Positions 39,301 through 53,000 of a stretch of DNA of 64,000 nt are shown here, piece by piece. The DNA is from Octopus bimaculoides. Taxonomy: Eukaryota. The stretch's first letter is position 1. Each line of letters starts with the position of its first letter. Both the position numbers and the translations under genes were made by a program. A model generated the notes under the pieces. It did no database searches. It worked only from the letters and a program-made list of their open reading frames with translations, and had not been told where the DNA came from. The stretch is taken from contig NC_068993.1 in assembly GCF_001194135.2 (NCBI RefSeq), positions 1,500,030-1,564,029 of the forward strand. The letters run 5' to 3'.

Positions 39301-39515
39301 AGGCGGCGAGCTGGCAGAAATGTTAGCGCTCCGGGCGAAATGCTTAGTGGTATTTTGTCTGTCTACGTTCTGAGTTCAAATTCCACAGAGGTCAACTTTA
39401 CTTTTCATCCTTTCAGGGTCGATAAATTAAGTACCAGTTGCGTGCTGGGTCGATCTAATCGACTGACCCCCTTCCCCAAAATTTTGGGCCTTGTACCTGG
39501 AGAAGAAATGAATCA
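39301..39515 (+). mobile_element. tRNA-derived SINE (family A), near full length
   Basis: tRNA-like head with a B-box-like gagttcaaattcc, then the conserved ttcatcctttcagggtcgataaattaagtaccag domain. Other copies near 3095, 35330 and 47890 (minus). Confidence 0.75.
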
Positions 39516-39955
39516 TAACTCTTTCTGCTAAAGGCACAAAGTGAGCAATATTTTTGAGGGGTGGAGTTTGTGAATTAAATAGATCCCAGTATTTCACAGG
39601 TACTTTATCAAACCCTTGAGAGGATGAAAGGTGAAGCTAATATCTGTGATAGATTCGTCTGATTCTTGTCAGTATGAGAAATACATGTTCAAACAATGAT
39701 GATCATTATTATTAAAGATAGCAGATTGTATAAATAAGTAATTTTATGTCTGAACAACTAAATAATATTCATTTTTTTCTTTTATAACTGAGATATAAAA
39801 TGTCTTATGATATCATATTTCAAAAATCATTTGAAGATTAAAGATTATACTTATTTGATAATTAAGTCATCAGTCACTAGATTCTGTATCAACATTGTTA
39901 TACACCATAACAGACCAGTTTAATTTTTACATTTTGATATTCTTGTGTTTGACAG

Positions 39956-40075
39956 GTAAACATCAACTGGTTCAATTCTATGCACAGACTGCAATCATGA
40001 TAATTACATTCTTCATCACCAACGATTATTGGTGATAGCAGGTACATGATTTGAAGTTAGAATCTCAAGAAGTTG
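39956..40075 (+). other. Candidate CEP135 5' UTR exon
   Basis: Acceptor cttgtgtttgacag and donor ttg|gtaagt, 277 bp upstream of the ATG exon acceptor. No coding signal. Confidence 0.35.
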
Positions 40076-40383
40076 GTAAGTCACCTACCTTATTGTTGTT
40101 ATCCATGAATCTAATAAAGAGTAGATATTTTTTATTGATTATTTCCTTGTTGGTAAATTGGGGGAACTCTGGTGTGTTTGTGGAAGGCAGCACATAAATA
40201 CATTCTTGATGGTTTATGGAGACTATTCTTGGAATGAAGAAACTGCTTTACAACATGGGACAAGACAAAAGAAATCATTATAAATTTATTTTTCTCACTT
40301 TTAATTAGCAATAAATTAACATTGATTCTATAATTATATTTCTAACTTCCAGATTGACATTGATATTTAAGTATCATTTGAAA

Positions 40384-40693
40384 ATGTCGTCAAAAGAAAC
40401 AATAAATACATCTGAGAAGTTGAAGAATCTGCGGCGGCGGTTGGAGCAGCTTGGTTATAAGGATTCTCTTGGAATTGAATCTTTGCCATTGGTTGAACGG
40501 TTGTTTGTGGACCTGCTGAAGACAATTGAAGATCTTCGTAAGATCAAAGTAGAACATTCCAGAAAAAGTGATGCAGAAGATCCAACAATTGTTGACTCCT
40601 ATAAAAATGATAATGCTAAATTGGTTAAAGAGAATAATGCTTTAAATTTGAAACTTCTTAAAGCAACAGAACAAAATAATACTGCTATGAAAG
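40384..40693 (+). CDS. CEP135: CEP135 coding exon 1 (exon starts 40353)
   Basis: [25 protein letters not shown]...TAMK G|gtttgt. Confidence 0.93.
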
Positions 40694-41748
40694 GTTTGTA
40701 CAAATAGTTTACTCAGTTATTATTATTATTATTCCTTAATTCTTGATCAGATTATTGAGCATAACTTTAGGTTAAATATCTATCACATTTGTTCAAACTA
40801 TTTATCATTGTGCAATTAACAGCTTCATTTCATTCAGCCATCACACTTTCTGTTCAATGCTTTTGTTTTCCTATCATGCAACTTCACACTTCATAAACAA
40901 GCACCATCCAATCTAACCTTTACTTAAAGTGAGCATTTCTTAGTTTCTAGTAAAGATAATAACTCCTTGAACTCAGACCCCTTGTTCTTACTCTGGCTGC
41001 TTTGGAACACCCTTTTCCACTGCTAATTAGGGTATCTAGGTAAGACAGGCTTTCAACCTCTTCTCAAGAACCCTCTGAATATCTGCGAAAATTTATTCCA
41101 TGGGTGCCCCTATCTGCTATATTTAAAGTTCTTCTTCTCTGTCAGGGATTTTGTGTAGCCATACTTTACATTGGGTGTACCTTATGGTATTTCTACCCCC
41201 CCCCCTTTTGCATATCAAGTATGGCCACTGTCCAGATGGATGGACAATGGCTGACATCTTACCGAAGCAGTTATTTTTAGAGATAGTGGTACCACTTAGA
41301 TGTAGAATAAAATTATATTTTAGATTGTTATATCTATATTTTGCTTTACAGATCTCAAGTCTTCCCTGCGAAAATCTGAGCACACACTTGCAGATATAAA
41401 GTTCTTAAACAATCAATATTTACATAAGATAAAGTTATTGGAGAAAGAATCTAAAGAAAAATCAGACAGAATTCAACAACTGCAAGAGAAAAACTTCCAT
41501 GCTGTGGTTCAAACCCCAGGTCAGTGGATTTTTTAATACATTTTTATATATAATCTTTTAACTGTTTCCAGTTATTGGTCTGTGGCCATGCTACAACACC
41601 TATTTCCTAGGGTTTTAGTTAAACATATTAACTCCAACTTATTCTATCGACTCTGTTTCTCAAATCACTAGATTGTGTTTTTGATATAAAGAAATGTAAT
41701 TCAACAGACCTATTTTTTTTCTACCATGCTACCAGACATAATCAAAGA

Positions 41749-41789
<41 letters not shown>

Positions 41790-41917
41790 TAGATAGATAG
41801 ATAGAAATATATATAGCATTGCCATCATACAAGTAGTGTTATTTCTTTCCAGTCTTCCTGGAAACTTGTGGTTAGGAAGCAAGCTTCTTACCACACATCC
41901 ACTCTTGTGCTTATATG

Positions 41918-41948
<31 letters not shown>

Positions 41949-43317
41949 TTACATACATGTATGTCACCACTGCCTGACATCTAGACATCTTAAGGTGGTG
42001 CCCCAGTATGGCTGCAGTCCAATGACTAAGATGAGTACAAGACACTTCTCTCTGTCAGGAAGTTGTGTGAACAACTTTGCTTTCTTCTGGTTTTTAGGTG
42101 GCAAAAAGAAGAATATTCCGTTCCGTCGGCAGCGTATGGTGGTTGATTGCCTGATACCTCCAGCAGAACCTGATTTACCATCTCCGCCTCCAGTTCCTGA
42201 TCCATATATAGCAGATATGCTGGAAACAGCCGATAAACGGATTGCAGAAAATGAGGGACAAATTACAGAATTGAAAGACAACAATGAATTATTGGAAAGT
42301 AAATTGGAGGCTTTTAAGGAACAGGTATTGGTTTGCTCTAGTTTTCATATACACATTTGTCTGTCTGCGTGTGTAGTTATATATATTTAAATTTCCTTGG
42401 GAATAACACAATCTATTTTACATGTTAAACCAAATCATCATCGTTTAACGTCCGCCTTCCATGCTAGCATGGGTTGGACGATTTGATTGAGGACTGGTGA
42501 ACCAGAGACTGCACTGGGCTCCAATCTGATCTGGCAGAGTTTCTACAGCTGGATGCCCTTCCTAACGCCAACCACTCCAAGAGTGTAGTGGGTGCTTTTA
42601 TGTGCCACCAGCACGAGGGCCAGTCAGGCGGTACTGGCAATGGCCACGCTCAAGTGGTGTTTTTTACGTGACACATGCACAGGAGTCAGTCCAGTGGCAC
42701 TGGCAACTACCTTGCTCGAATGTTTTGTTCATGTGCCACCAGCACAAGTGCCAGTAAGGCGACGCTCGTAACGATCATGCTCAAATGGTGCTTTTTACGT
42801 TCCACCGTCATGGAAGCCAGACAGCTGCCCTGGCAATGAACGCGCTTGGACAGTGCTGTTAGTGCCCCACTGGCACGGGTGCCAGTCATCGAATTTGGTT
42901 CAGTTTCGATTCCACTTGCCCTCCCATCTTTGGTTTCCAAACTTTTGGGACTCCATTATCCAATATATTTCTGTTGATAAGTTGGTGAACAGAGGTGTGG
43001 AGGGGGTGGGTGGGAGGAGAGGTAACTTGCAGTAATGTTAGTCTTTAATAAATGCAAATATTTTTGGAAAGCGCTGGAAATTTCAAGGCCTCCTACACTA
43101 TCCCCTTTTTTTTAATTGTCCCCTGAGGACTACTACTACTTCTACTACTACTACCACCACCACCACCACCACCACCACCANNNNNNNNNNNNNNNNNNNN
43201 NNNNNNNNNNNTCGCCACCACCACCACCACCATCACTGGATAAATAAATTGCATAGTCAACAGTGACTGTTATATCATAGGACTTACCTCCCTTACATGT
43301 CTGATCATTTTCGTTAA

Positions 43318-43358
<41 letters not shown>

Positions 43359-43740
43359 TACAGCAGTAAGCTCTGTAGAAAAGAGAGGGCTTGTCCAAAC
43401 TTGTAACCTCTCTCTATTGATTGTTTGTTCTATATTCTCTTCTTATATCTTTCTTTTCTCTCCCCTCCACCTAATCTGTGTGTGTCCTTGTGTGTGAGAG
43501 TGTGTATATTTGTATGTATGTAAAGGAATTCTTCACTCCACACTACATATCTCCATATATCCCCCCCCCCACCGCTGTCAATCCCACTAAATAAGAACTT
43601 TGTCTTAGCAATAAGATATTTTCAATTCAATACATAAACCATTCATGGGTAGGTGGTTGTTTTCTTCTTTTTCTCCGTTGATACACTGTTCATAATTAGT
43701 AAAAGTACCAAAAGAAAAGTTTGCTTTATTGTTATTATTA

Positions 43741-43772
<32 letters not shown>

Positions 43773-45791
43773 TAATTGTGAATAGTTTTGTTTTGTCAAA
43801 AACTAAAGTTGGAAAACTTTAGAAGTAAGTTTTGAAATCTCTCTTGTGTTTCACTTAATGGCCGACCAACAGCAAGTGTGGTCTTGTAGTGGNNNNNNNN
43901 NNTTTTACCATCCTTCTCAGTAATATTTTTTGATGGCATCACCATTCTCTCAAATGTCTCGTTCTGATTATTTCAACCTTGTTTCTGCTTTTTCTTTTTC
44001 TTTTTCATTTTGTTAACAAAATTGTTTTAAAAGTTTGACAACAATATTTAAGTTTCCTGAAGGTAAAAAGCAGTTTCAATTTAGTGGTGTATATAAGTGT
44101 GTGTGTGTTTCTTCTTTTACTTCTTTCAGTCATTTGACTGCGGCCTTGCTGGAGCACCGCCTTTAGTCGAGCAAATCGACCCCAGGACTTATTTTTTTGT
44201 AAGCCCAGTACTTATTCTATCGGTCTCTTTGCTGAACTGCTAAGTTACAGGGATATAAACACACCAGTATCGGTTGTCAAGCGATGTTGGGAAGACAAAG
44301 ATACACAAATATATACACACACATACATACATACATATTATAGGCTTCTTTCATTTTCCATCTATCAAATCCACTCACAAGGCTTTGGTCAGCCCAAGGC
44401 TATAGTAGAAGACACTTGCCCAAGGTGTCATGCAGTGGGATTGAACTCGGAACCATGTGGTTGGGAAGCAAGCTACTTACCACACAGCCTCTCTTGCACC
44501 TGTGTGTGTATAATCTAGAGGAATATCTATGAAGATAATAAAAAATAAAATTGTATATATTACTAATTAATTATAACGATGTTTATTAAGATATTTATTA
44601 ATTTATTTCAACCAGCAAATAATTGTTCCTTCATTAGTACTTCTCAATCGTTATTTTATTAATTAGTTGAAAATTTATTTAACATTTTATTTCAGTGAAG
44701 ATAATCAGTTGTCTTGTTGCATGTGATTATATTTAGGCTGTTAATTAGTTGTAAATTAATTAGTGTTTTATTTCAGTCAAAGTAATCCGTTATTTCATAT
44801 ATGTATATTTAAAATTTGATTAAACTAATTTAAGATTAAAGTTTATATGAATTGTGAAAATTATCTTTAATGAAACATCACCTGTAAACTACATCTTTTC
44901 GAGTTTTCATTTTCAGCATTTTAGTCTTTATTCTTAATTTTAATTAATTCATAATTAACATGACTTACAGATAGAGTAATTAAATATAGCAGTCATTGTG
45001 AAGGTAGCTGCTAAAAAAATTATATTCTATTACAAGTGTTTTAAAAAAAAGTCAACTTTTCTAAAGCTTGTCTTTAAAATTCTATTTTGACTAATATCCA
45101 TATTGACACTACACACATGCTTTGTATCTTTGGTTACACATTCAGGTGTGTGAGGGATGTCTGCCCTAGGTAACCTAGGATACAAATAAGGTTGTGTCAC
45201 TATGTGTGTGTGTGTAATCAAACAAATGGGTTTGTGATTCTATAGAAAAATGAGAAATTCTTTGTAGTAAAGTGTTTTAATATTGAAATACATTCATGAA
45301 GTAAATTCTTTATTTATCTTATATGTATGCTGTTAAAATATAAAATAATATAGAATTAAAATGTTACATAATTAAAATATAACTTATAATAATGATATAA
45401 TATATTATAAAATATATATTGTATTGCAATTAAAATATAATATAAGAAAGATATACCATAAAACTGATTATAAATGTTGGCATTAAATATAGCATCTAAA
45501 CCAAAAGACATCTTCACAAAAGGTCCTGTCCACCCGCGTGTGTGTGATTTGTATTATTTGTAGCATAAAATTTATATTTTCATATTAGGAGATGTTCACA
45601 TTGAAATATATTTCTGTTGTTTTCTACAGACCTCTTGGAGGGATTTTGGTCTGTTACATCAGACTAAGAAACTCCTATCAGTTACGTTAATGACTTTGCT
45701 GTTTACAGCAGGGGTCTGTGGTTTATCTGTGCAACAATAATATGGATCTGCTCCATAAAACCGGTTCTCTATAGTTCTACTAAATATGGAC

Positions 45792-45825
<34 letters not shown>

Positions 45826-47835
45826 ATATAAAATCACACACACACACACACATGTATGTGTGTGTGGTCTTTTTCTTGTTCTGGTCAGTGGTAACCCCCA
45901 CCTCCCAGCAATACTCTCTGGCTCTCTCTCTCTCTCTCTCTTTAAACTGAATTAGTATAATTACAGAGCAGGTTCTTAATTGTAAAAATACTTATGTAAT
46001 TAAGAAATGCCATTACATAAACAGTTTTAGTAATTACAGAAAACCTCTCCAGGTCACCCTGTTTTGGCAGGTCTGTAATTAAACGAGTTCCAACAGTGAC
46101 CATCACATTGTGTTCTTATTTTTTTGAAGGAAGAGAGTATCTTGGAGTACATTATTTAGTGTGTATCTACAGCAAAACACTCATGTCTGTTCCCTTGATT
46201 TAAAGTTGAGAGATTTACCTCACCTGGCGCAAAGCCACACCCCTTCACATACACCTCCCACTTCCCAGTTGAGGGATTTTTGTCTTGTAAGGTATGTGGT
46301 GACCTGGTCGATGCTGGTGCCACATAAAAAGCATTGGTGATGGTGCCATGTAAAAGCCACCGGTGCCTTGTAAAAAGCACGCAGTACATTCTGTGAAGTG
46401 GTTAGCATTAGGAAGGGCATCCAACTGTAGAAACCTGCCAGAATGGACAATGAAACCTGGTGCTGCCCCTGGCCTGGCCAGCTCCTGTCTAACCATCCAA
46501 CCCATGCCAGCACAGAAGACGGACGTTAAATGATGATGATGATAATGATGATGATATAATTTGAGGGAGATTTAGCTGCTATTTCTAGCAGCTTGTATGA
46601 CTATATAAAGACGCCTTCATTGACTTTAATTAGTCATTAATGAATGTTGTGTTGTTAGCTTCTCATTTACAGCCTTATGTATCCACTCTCCCTCTCCTGC
46701 ATCGTTAGTCAAGTCACTTAACTCACATTTACACATCAATGGAACATACTTCATCCACTTCATGGAGGCATCATCAATGCAGGAGTCTCTCAGCAGTTGC
46801 ATGATCTGCTAGAAATACCAACCAAATCTCCCTCAAAATATTCAGGTGTAGCTGTGTGATTAAGAAGTTCTCTTTCCAGTCACATGGTTTTGGGTTCAGT
46901 CCCACTGCATGGCATTTTGGGCAAAAGTCTTTTACTCTAACCCTGGGCTGAACAAACTCTTGTGATCAAATTTGGAAAATGGAAACTAAAAAAGCCCATT
47001 GTATGTGTGTGTGTGTGTGTGTGTGTTTCCCTGTTTTGACATCATGTGATGTAGGAGCATGGGGCAATAATGCCTTTCCTGGAAACAGGTGGAGGTTGGT
47101 GACAAGAAAGGCATCCAGCCATGGTTGTTGTCTAGTGCCCAGTTGACTCCACTTACTGTCTCTTAAATGAGAATTAATCTAATTAACCATAAGAATTCAT
47201 TAGTTGTTTCTGTATTATAATTATAGATATATATATATGTGTGTGTGTATATATACTCACACACACATACATGTACATGTGTGTGTATATATATATATAC
47301 ACACGTATGTATCTGTGTGTATGTGTATTGCGAGAAATGTGCAGCAACTTAGTCTAGTCATGTTTCATACTATACCCATTCACATTTGCTGTTGATGTGT
47401 GTATGTTTGTACACACACACACACACACACACACACAATAGGTTGACTGCTTACAACATGTCTTGGCATGTTGATGGTCTGAAACTTTCTGATATATCAA
47501 ATTTTGGTTTGCTTTTTTCATTGATGCTAAACACAATTGCATTCCATGTTATACACTTTGATATATTGTACACTTATGTGTGTGTATAAATGTTTGTATA
47601 TGTATTGAGAGTGTATGTGTGTATATATATATATATATATTTGTTCATAGGTAGGGGACAACACTTGTTGACTGATGTTTTGTCAATCAACCTAACAAGC
47701 GAGGAAAGCTAAAGTTGACCTCAACAGAATTTGAGCTTAGCATGAAAGGATTTCAGTAAATAATCCAAAGTATTTAGTGTGTGTGTGTGTGTAGGGGGCA
47801 ATGTATCTTCCAGTTCAATGTCTATGATGATGATG

Positions 47836-47867
<32 letters not shown>

Positions 47868-48007
47868 TATTATTATTATTATTATTATTATTATTTCATT
47901 TATTGGCAGAGTCAACCTTGGTGGAATTCGAACTCAGAACGTAAAGATGGATGAAATACTACTAAGCATTTTGCCTGGTATGCTAACGATTTTGTCAGCT
48001 TGCCATC

Positions 48008-48047
<40 letters not shown>

Positions 48048-49979
48048 CCTTTATAATAATAACCCTTATAATAATTATAATCTTAACTAAGTCTTATTCT
48101 CGTATAAAATATATCCATTGATCAGCTGAGACAAAGGAAAGGTAAAATTGCTTAGAAAAATTTATTGATTTCTAATTCACGACTTATTGATTTTGAACAT
48201 ATGTGCAGGGGTAGGAGGCATGTAGTTATTGATTAAATCCTTACCAGTAACACACTGGTACCTCTCTACACTCAAAATAAGGCTGGTTATTACTATGAAT
48301 ATGGTGCTTGTGTATCCAAAAACCTAGTCTTCAGCAGTGTATTATAACAGTGCAAGTAATATAGATATGTGTGTGGCTTAAGTTAAGGCGTGTAGCTTAG
48401 TGGTTTGGTCATGAGTTCGATTCCCAGTGGCACGTTGTATCCTTGAGCAAGACACTTCATTTTGCAATTGCTCCAGTCCGATGAGTTGTACCCGTAATTT
48501 CCAAAGGGCCAGCCTTGTCACATTCTGTGTCATGCTGAATCTCCTTGACAACTACATCAAAGATACGTGTGTCTGTGGAGTACTCAGCCAGTTTCATGTG
48601 AATTTCATGAGCTGGCTGTTCCATTGATCAGATCAACGGGAATCCTGGTGGTCGTAACCGATGGAGTTCCGGTTCTATTGGATTGCTTATCAATGCTCAG
48701 CTTAGTTTCTCAGGCCAAACAGAGTGTGATAAGCGGTTGCTTGGTTGTTGAAGAGAGGTGGTAGGGTGGGGTGGGACCCGGACACTCTACCTTCCTCTTC
48801 CCCAAAACACACACACACAGAAACAAAGCAAAAACTCTTGAGACTTTTACACTGAACTCATTATTGAGTGATTAATTGATTTTATAGTATTTACAGTTGC
48901 CACCCCCCCCTACTTTTACACTTAGTTGCTGTTTTGTACACACACACGTACACACACGTATCTATGTGTGCGTATGACTGGCATTCTTCACTCATGTTTG
49001 TTGTTATTGTTGTAGTAACGGTAGAGTACAGTGTTTTTCATGATCAAGTTCATCTGGGATATAGATTTTAAAAAAACACTAAAGAGGCTGATGGTGATGA
49101 TGATGATGATGCTGATGGCTGCTCTATTGATTTATATAAGAAAGCCCTACTAAACAAATGCTAAACATTGATCAGTTATTGACTCTTTCACACACTCTCT
49201 CTCTCTCGACTGTGTAGCATTCTTGTTTTTGTGTTATGAATGATTGAGTTTAACATTTTTAGGTGTGAAACCTACATAGAAAACGATCTGCAAATGTAAT
49301 AATCTCGTCATCTTCATCATTAGACATAGAGAGAGAGGTGTGAGGGAGAGGTTTGACCTGCATGTGGACCTGGGCTGTGGGGTCTGGTCTATGCGTGCGC
49401 ACTTGCACTTGTTGCAAATTGCTGAGAAGTTTTGTCAAACTACTGATCGAAGTCACAGTGCTCCAGCAGGGCTGTTGTCATTTCTTCAAGGAATGGTCGT
49501 CTGTGGAAAGCTCAGCATTCACTTGATCTCACAACCAATGGATTTAATCTTCTTTTACAAATTGTTTTGGATGGTATTGTGAAAGCTGGTAACAGCTGGT
49601 GGAATGACACACACTGTAGGTAGGTATATGCACACATCCATTCACACACACACACACACTTAGTGCGAAAGGTTCCAGCTATTGGTATACCACACTGTAA
49701 ATGGTGGGTATGGGCACATACAGACATGCATGTGGCTTGACTGACTGAAGCTTCAGAGTCACTGTCAACAACATTCACGTTTCTCCCTCCCCCACCGCTT
49801 GACAACCAGTGTTGGTGTATTTATGTCATTGTAACTTAGCAGTTTGGCAAAAGAGATTGATAGAATAACTATCAGGCTTTACAAAAAGATAATACGTACT
49901 GGACTTGATTTATTCAAGTAAAATCCTTTGAGGTGGTGCCCCAGCATGGCCACAGTCTAATGAGTGAAACAAATAAAAG

Positions 49980-50060
<81 letters not shown>

Positions 50061-53000
50061 TACATATACACACACACATATACATACACACGCACTAGTA
50101 AATTAAGTTTTGGAGGATGTTTAAGTGGATCTTAATGAATTCATTAACAGTGAAACCTGTCCGTTTGTCCTCATCACAAACTACTTGAAAAGGCCCTCAA
50201 TTGAGACCCTAATTCTAAAGCAAGTTTAAATACATAACAATATGACTATTTATATGTATTTCCTTTTTATTTGTTTCCAATCAATTTTGGATGTTTGTGG
50301 TTTTTGCACAAATCACTTTACCCCATGAAAATGATGAATTATTAAATATCTTTATATTGTAGTGATCATACAAAATGGCTATAAATGTTTTCGTTTTTGT
50401 GTGTTTGTGTTCTTAAATAACTAATCAGACTCTCCCACAATTGATTTTATGTAAGATCTCAGTTCAAGTTTGCAAACAGCTACAATTGTCATTTATCTTT
50501 ATATTGATTTCTTCTTTGACCAACCCCGAAAACTCAACTTTTTTGCTATTTAAATGCTGTATGTATATTTGATTAATTCATATCCAGCATCTAAGGTGGA
50601 TAAATAATTAGTGTGCCTGTAAAGTTTTAGAATTCAGTTTTGATGCAGTGGAAAATTGAGATGTGCAGAAATATGGCCACATATACACACATATATATAT
50701 GCCAGTCCTCTTTATGTGTCAATTTTCCATGTGATTCTTGTGACTTATTGATCAAGTGTGAGAGATTTTAACGAACCTGTTACTATGTCTGAATACTGGA
50801 TGATTGGTAAAAGGAAACTGTGATCATCGTCGTTGTCATTTAACATCTACTTTTCCATGCTTTCATGGGTCAGGCACAATTTGTTAAAGTAGATTTCTAC
50901 AGCCAGATGCTCTTCCTGTCACCAACCCATACCTCCTGTCTCCAAAGAAGGTAATTTTTCCCAATGACCAGACATGTTTTAATAGAAGATAGGAAAAGGA
51001 CACTACTTTCATGACAGTGACACTCAGGGGAAAATTCCAAGGGGTGTCTTCTGAATGAAGAACATAAGTTAAGTCCTGGCTAACATACTTAATGTGATAA
51101 GCTATGTGTAAAAATTGCAATTGTTTATTACATTTGTCTCTGTAGTAAATGGCAAATCTTCACAGCAAGAACTGAAAGGAATCATCAAAGTCAACACTGT
51201 GATTGTAAAGCTGAAGAATTCTGATTTTTTACCAAACTTCTTCAGAATAAAACAACAGATTTTATCATTTCAATGACGCCACAAATTAATCTCAAGTTCA
51301 GTTTTGTACGTAATGATTGTTATCATTGTTTTGGATCGACAACTGTGGCATAAATATAAACGTACAGTTTTTCTTTCTGAGAGTACTTTATTAGACTTAA
51401 ATACAGATTAGAACCAGATTATATCATGGTATTGTAAGAACAGGATTATCATAAAGAATAACTATCTTTGGTAGGTGTGTGATACTCATTCAACATACCT
51501 GGAATTTATAAACTCCTGCTGAACCTGTTTTATTCATTTGTGATAATTCTATTTTGAAATTGTAAAAGTTCTGTTGATCTAAACTTGTATTTTTGATTTT
51601 TCTGTTTCTTAAAATCTCTTTTAGGTTTCTGCAAGAGATGATGAAATAGACAGATTAAACAAAATGTTGAGTGGAGGCCGACCATCAGATACATTGGCCC
51701 TTGAGGTCAAAAACAGAGCCAATGAAAAGATGATTTCTCACCTTAACATCCAGGTATTTAATTATTGTATACATTTAATTGGATGAGATTAATTAATGTT
51801 AATAAGATTATTATTTTTCAGACTCACTAGCTTCATCTTCAAACATGAAATGGTTTTCAATATTTACATAGTATGGCCATGCTATATGTATGGAACGATG
51901 CAATGTGTATGGAGAAATATCAAGTAATCCAAATGGAAGGAATTTATGGAGGAGTAAGACTGAAGGAAGCATGGGAATAAATGGTGAAGGTTGATCTCAG
52001 AACATTGAACTTGAAGGAATTGAGTTGGCAACGGATGCAAAAATGGTGAGATGCTGTGTTGGAGATGACCTATCCAGCTCATCAAGCGTGGAAAAATGGA
52101 TGTAAGATGCTGTTGTGGCTGCTGCTGATGATGGCTACATTTCAATCAGTTTGATCCCTGATTGTGGCCGAGTAGAGAGAATTGCCATTACTCTTAATGT
52201 AGAATTAAAGGCTTCAGTTGTATGTATTCAGGAATAAGATGCTTGGTAATGATCAGAAATCAATCCAGTCGACACATTGTGTAGATGAAAATTCAAAAAA
52301 AAAATATTTAGTCTGTAAAAATAAAGTTAATCATCACCAAAGAAAAATTTAAGCAAAACTAACTTAATTTTGTCAAATATTTTGATGGTCATTGTTTTTC
52401 AAGGTAAACCAAAAAAAAAAATCAATAAATATATAAATATAGTTATTGTTGTTCCTTGTTTGATGTACAATGTTACCAACTCTTCATTATAAAAGACTCA
52501 AAAGCAATCAGTGGAATTCCGTGATATTTTAATTATTAAAAACCTATATGCTACATGAATAAGCCTGTTTTTCTCTGTGCAGTGTATTGGCTTTTGACTA
52601 TTAAATATTATTAATCAGTGGAAATTCCACATTTACATGTTTTTACTTCTATATTGATGAATAAATTTAATCTTCATAGCCTGACATTGTTTTATTATAT
52701 TCAAAATTCTAAATGTAAATAAGGCAAATAATGTACATAATTCCTCATCTCTTAAATATAGAACTGTACTTTTTTATGTTGTTGTATCAGGTGGATATCT
52801 TGCAAGAACAGAACCGAGAATTACAGCAACGTCTTCGGGAAAGCACTGAGAAGAGAGATGATGTCCAGGATGAGGTGATTAAGTTGAATAAGAAGAATGC
52901 TGACCTCCAATTGCAGATGAGAAATATTGACCGTAAAGCTAAACTGTTGCAAAATGATAAGGAATATGTAGTGAAAGCAGCTGACTCTGAAATACATGTC

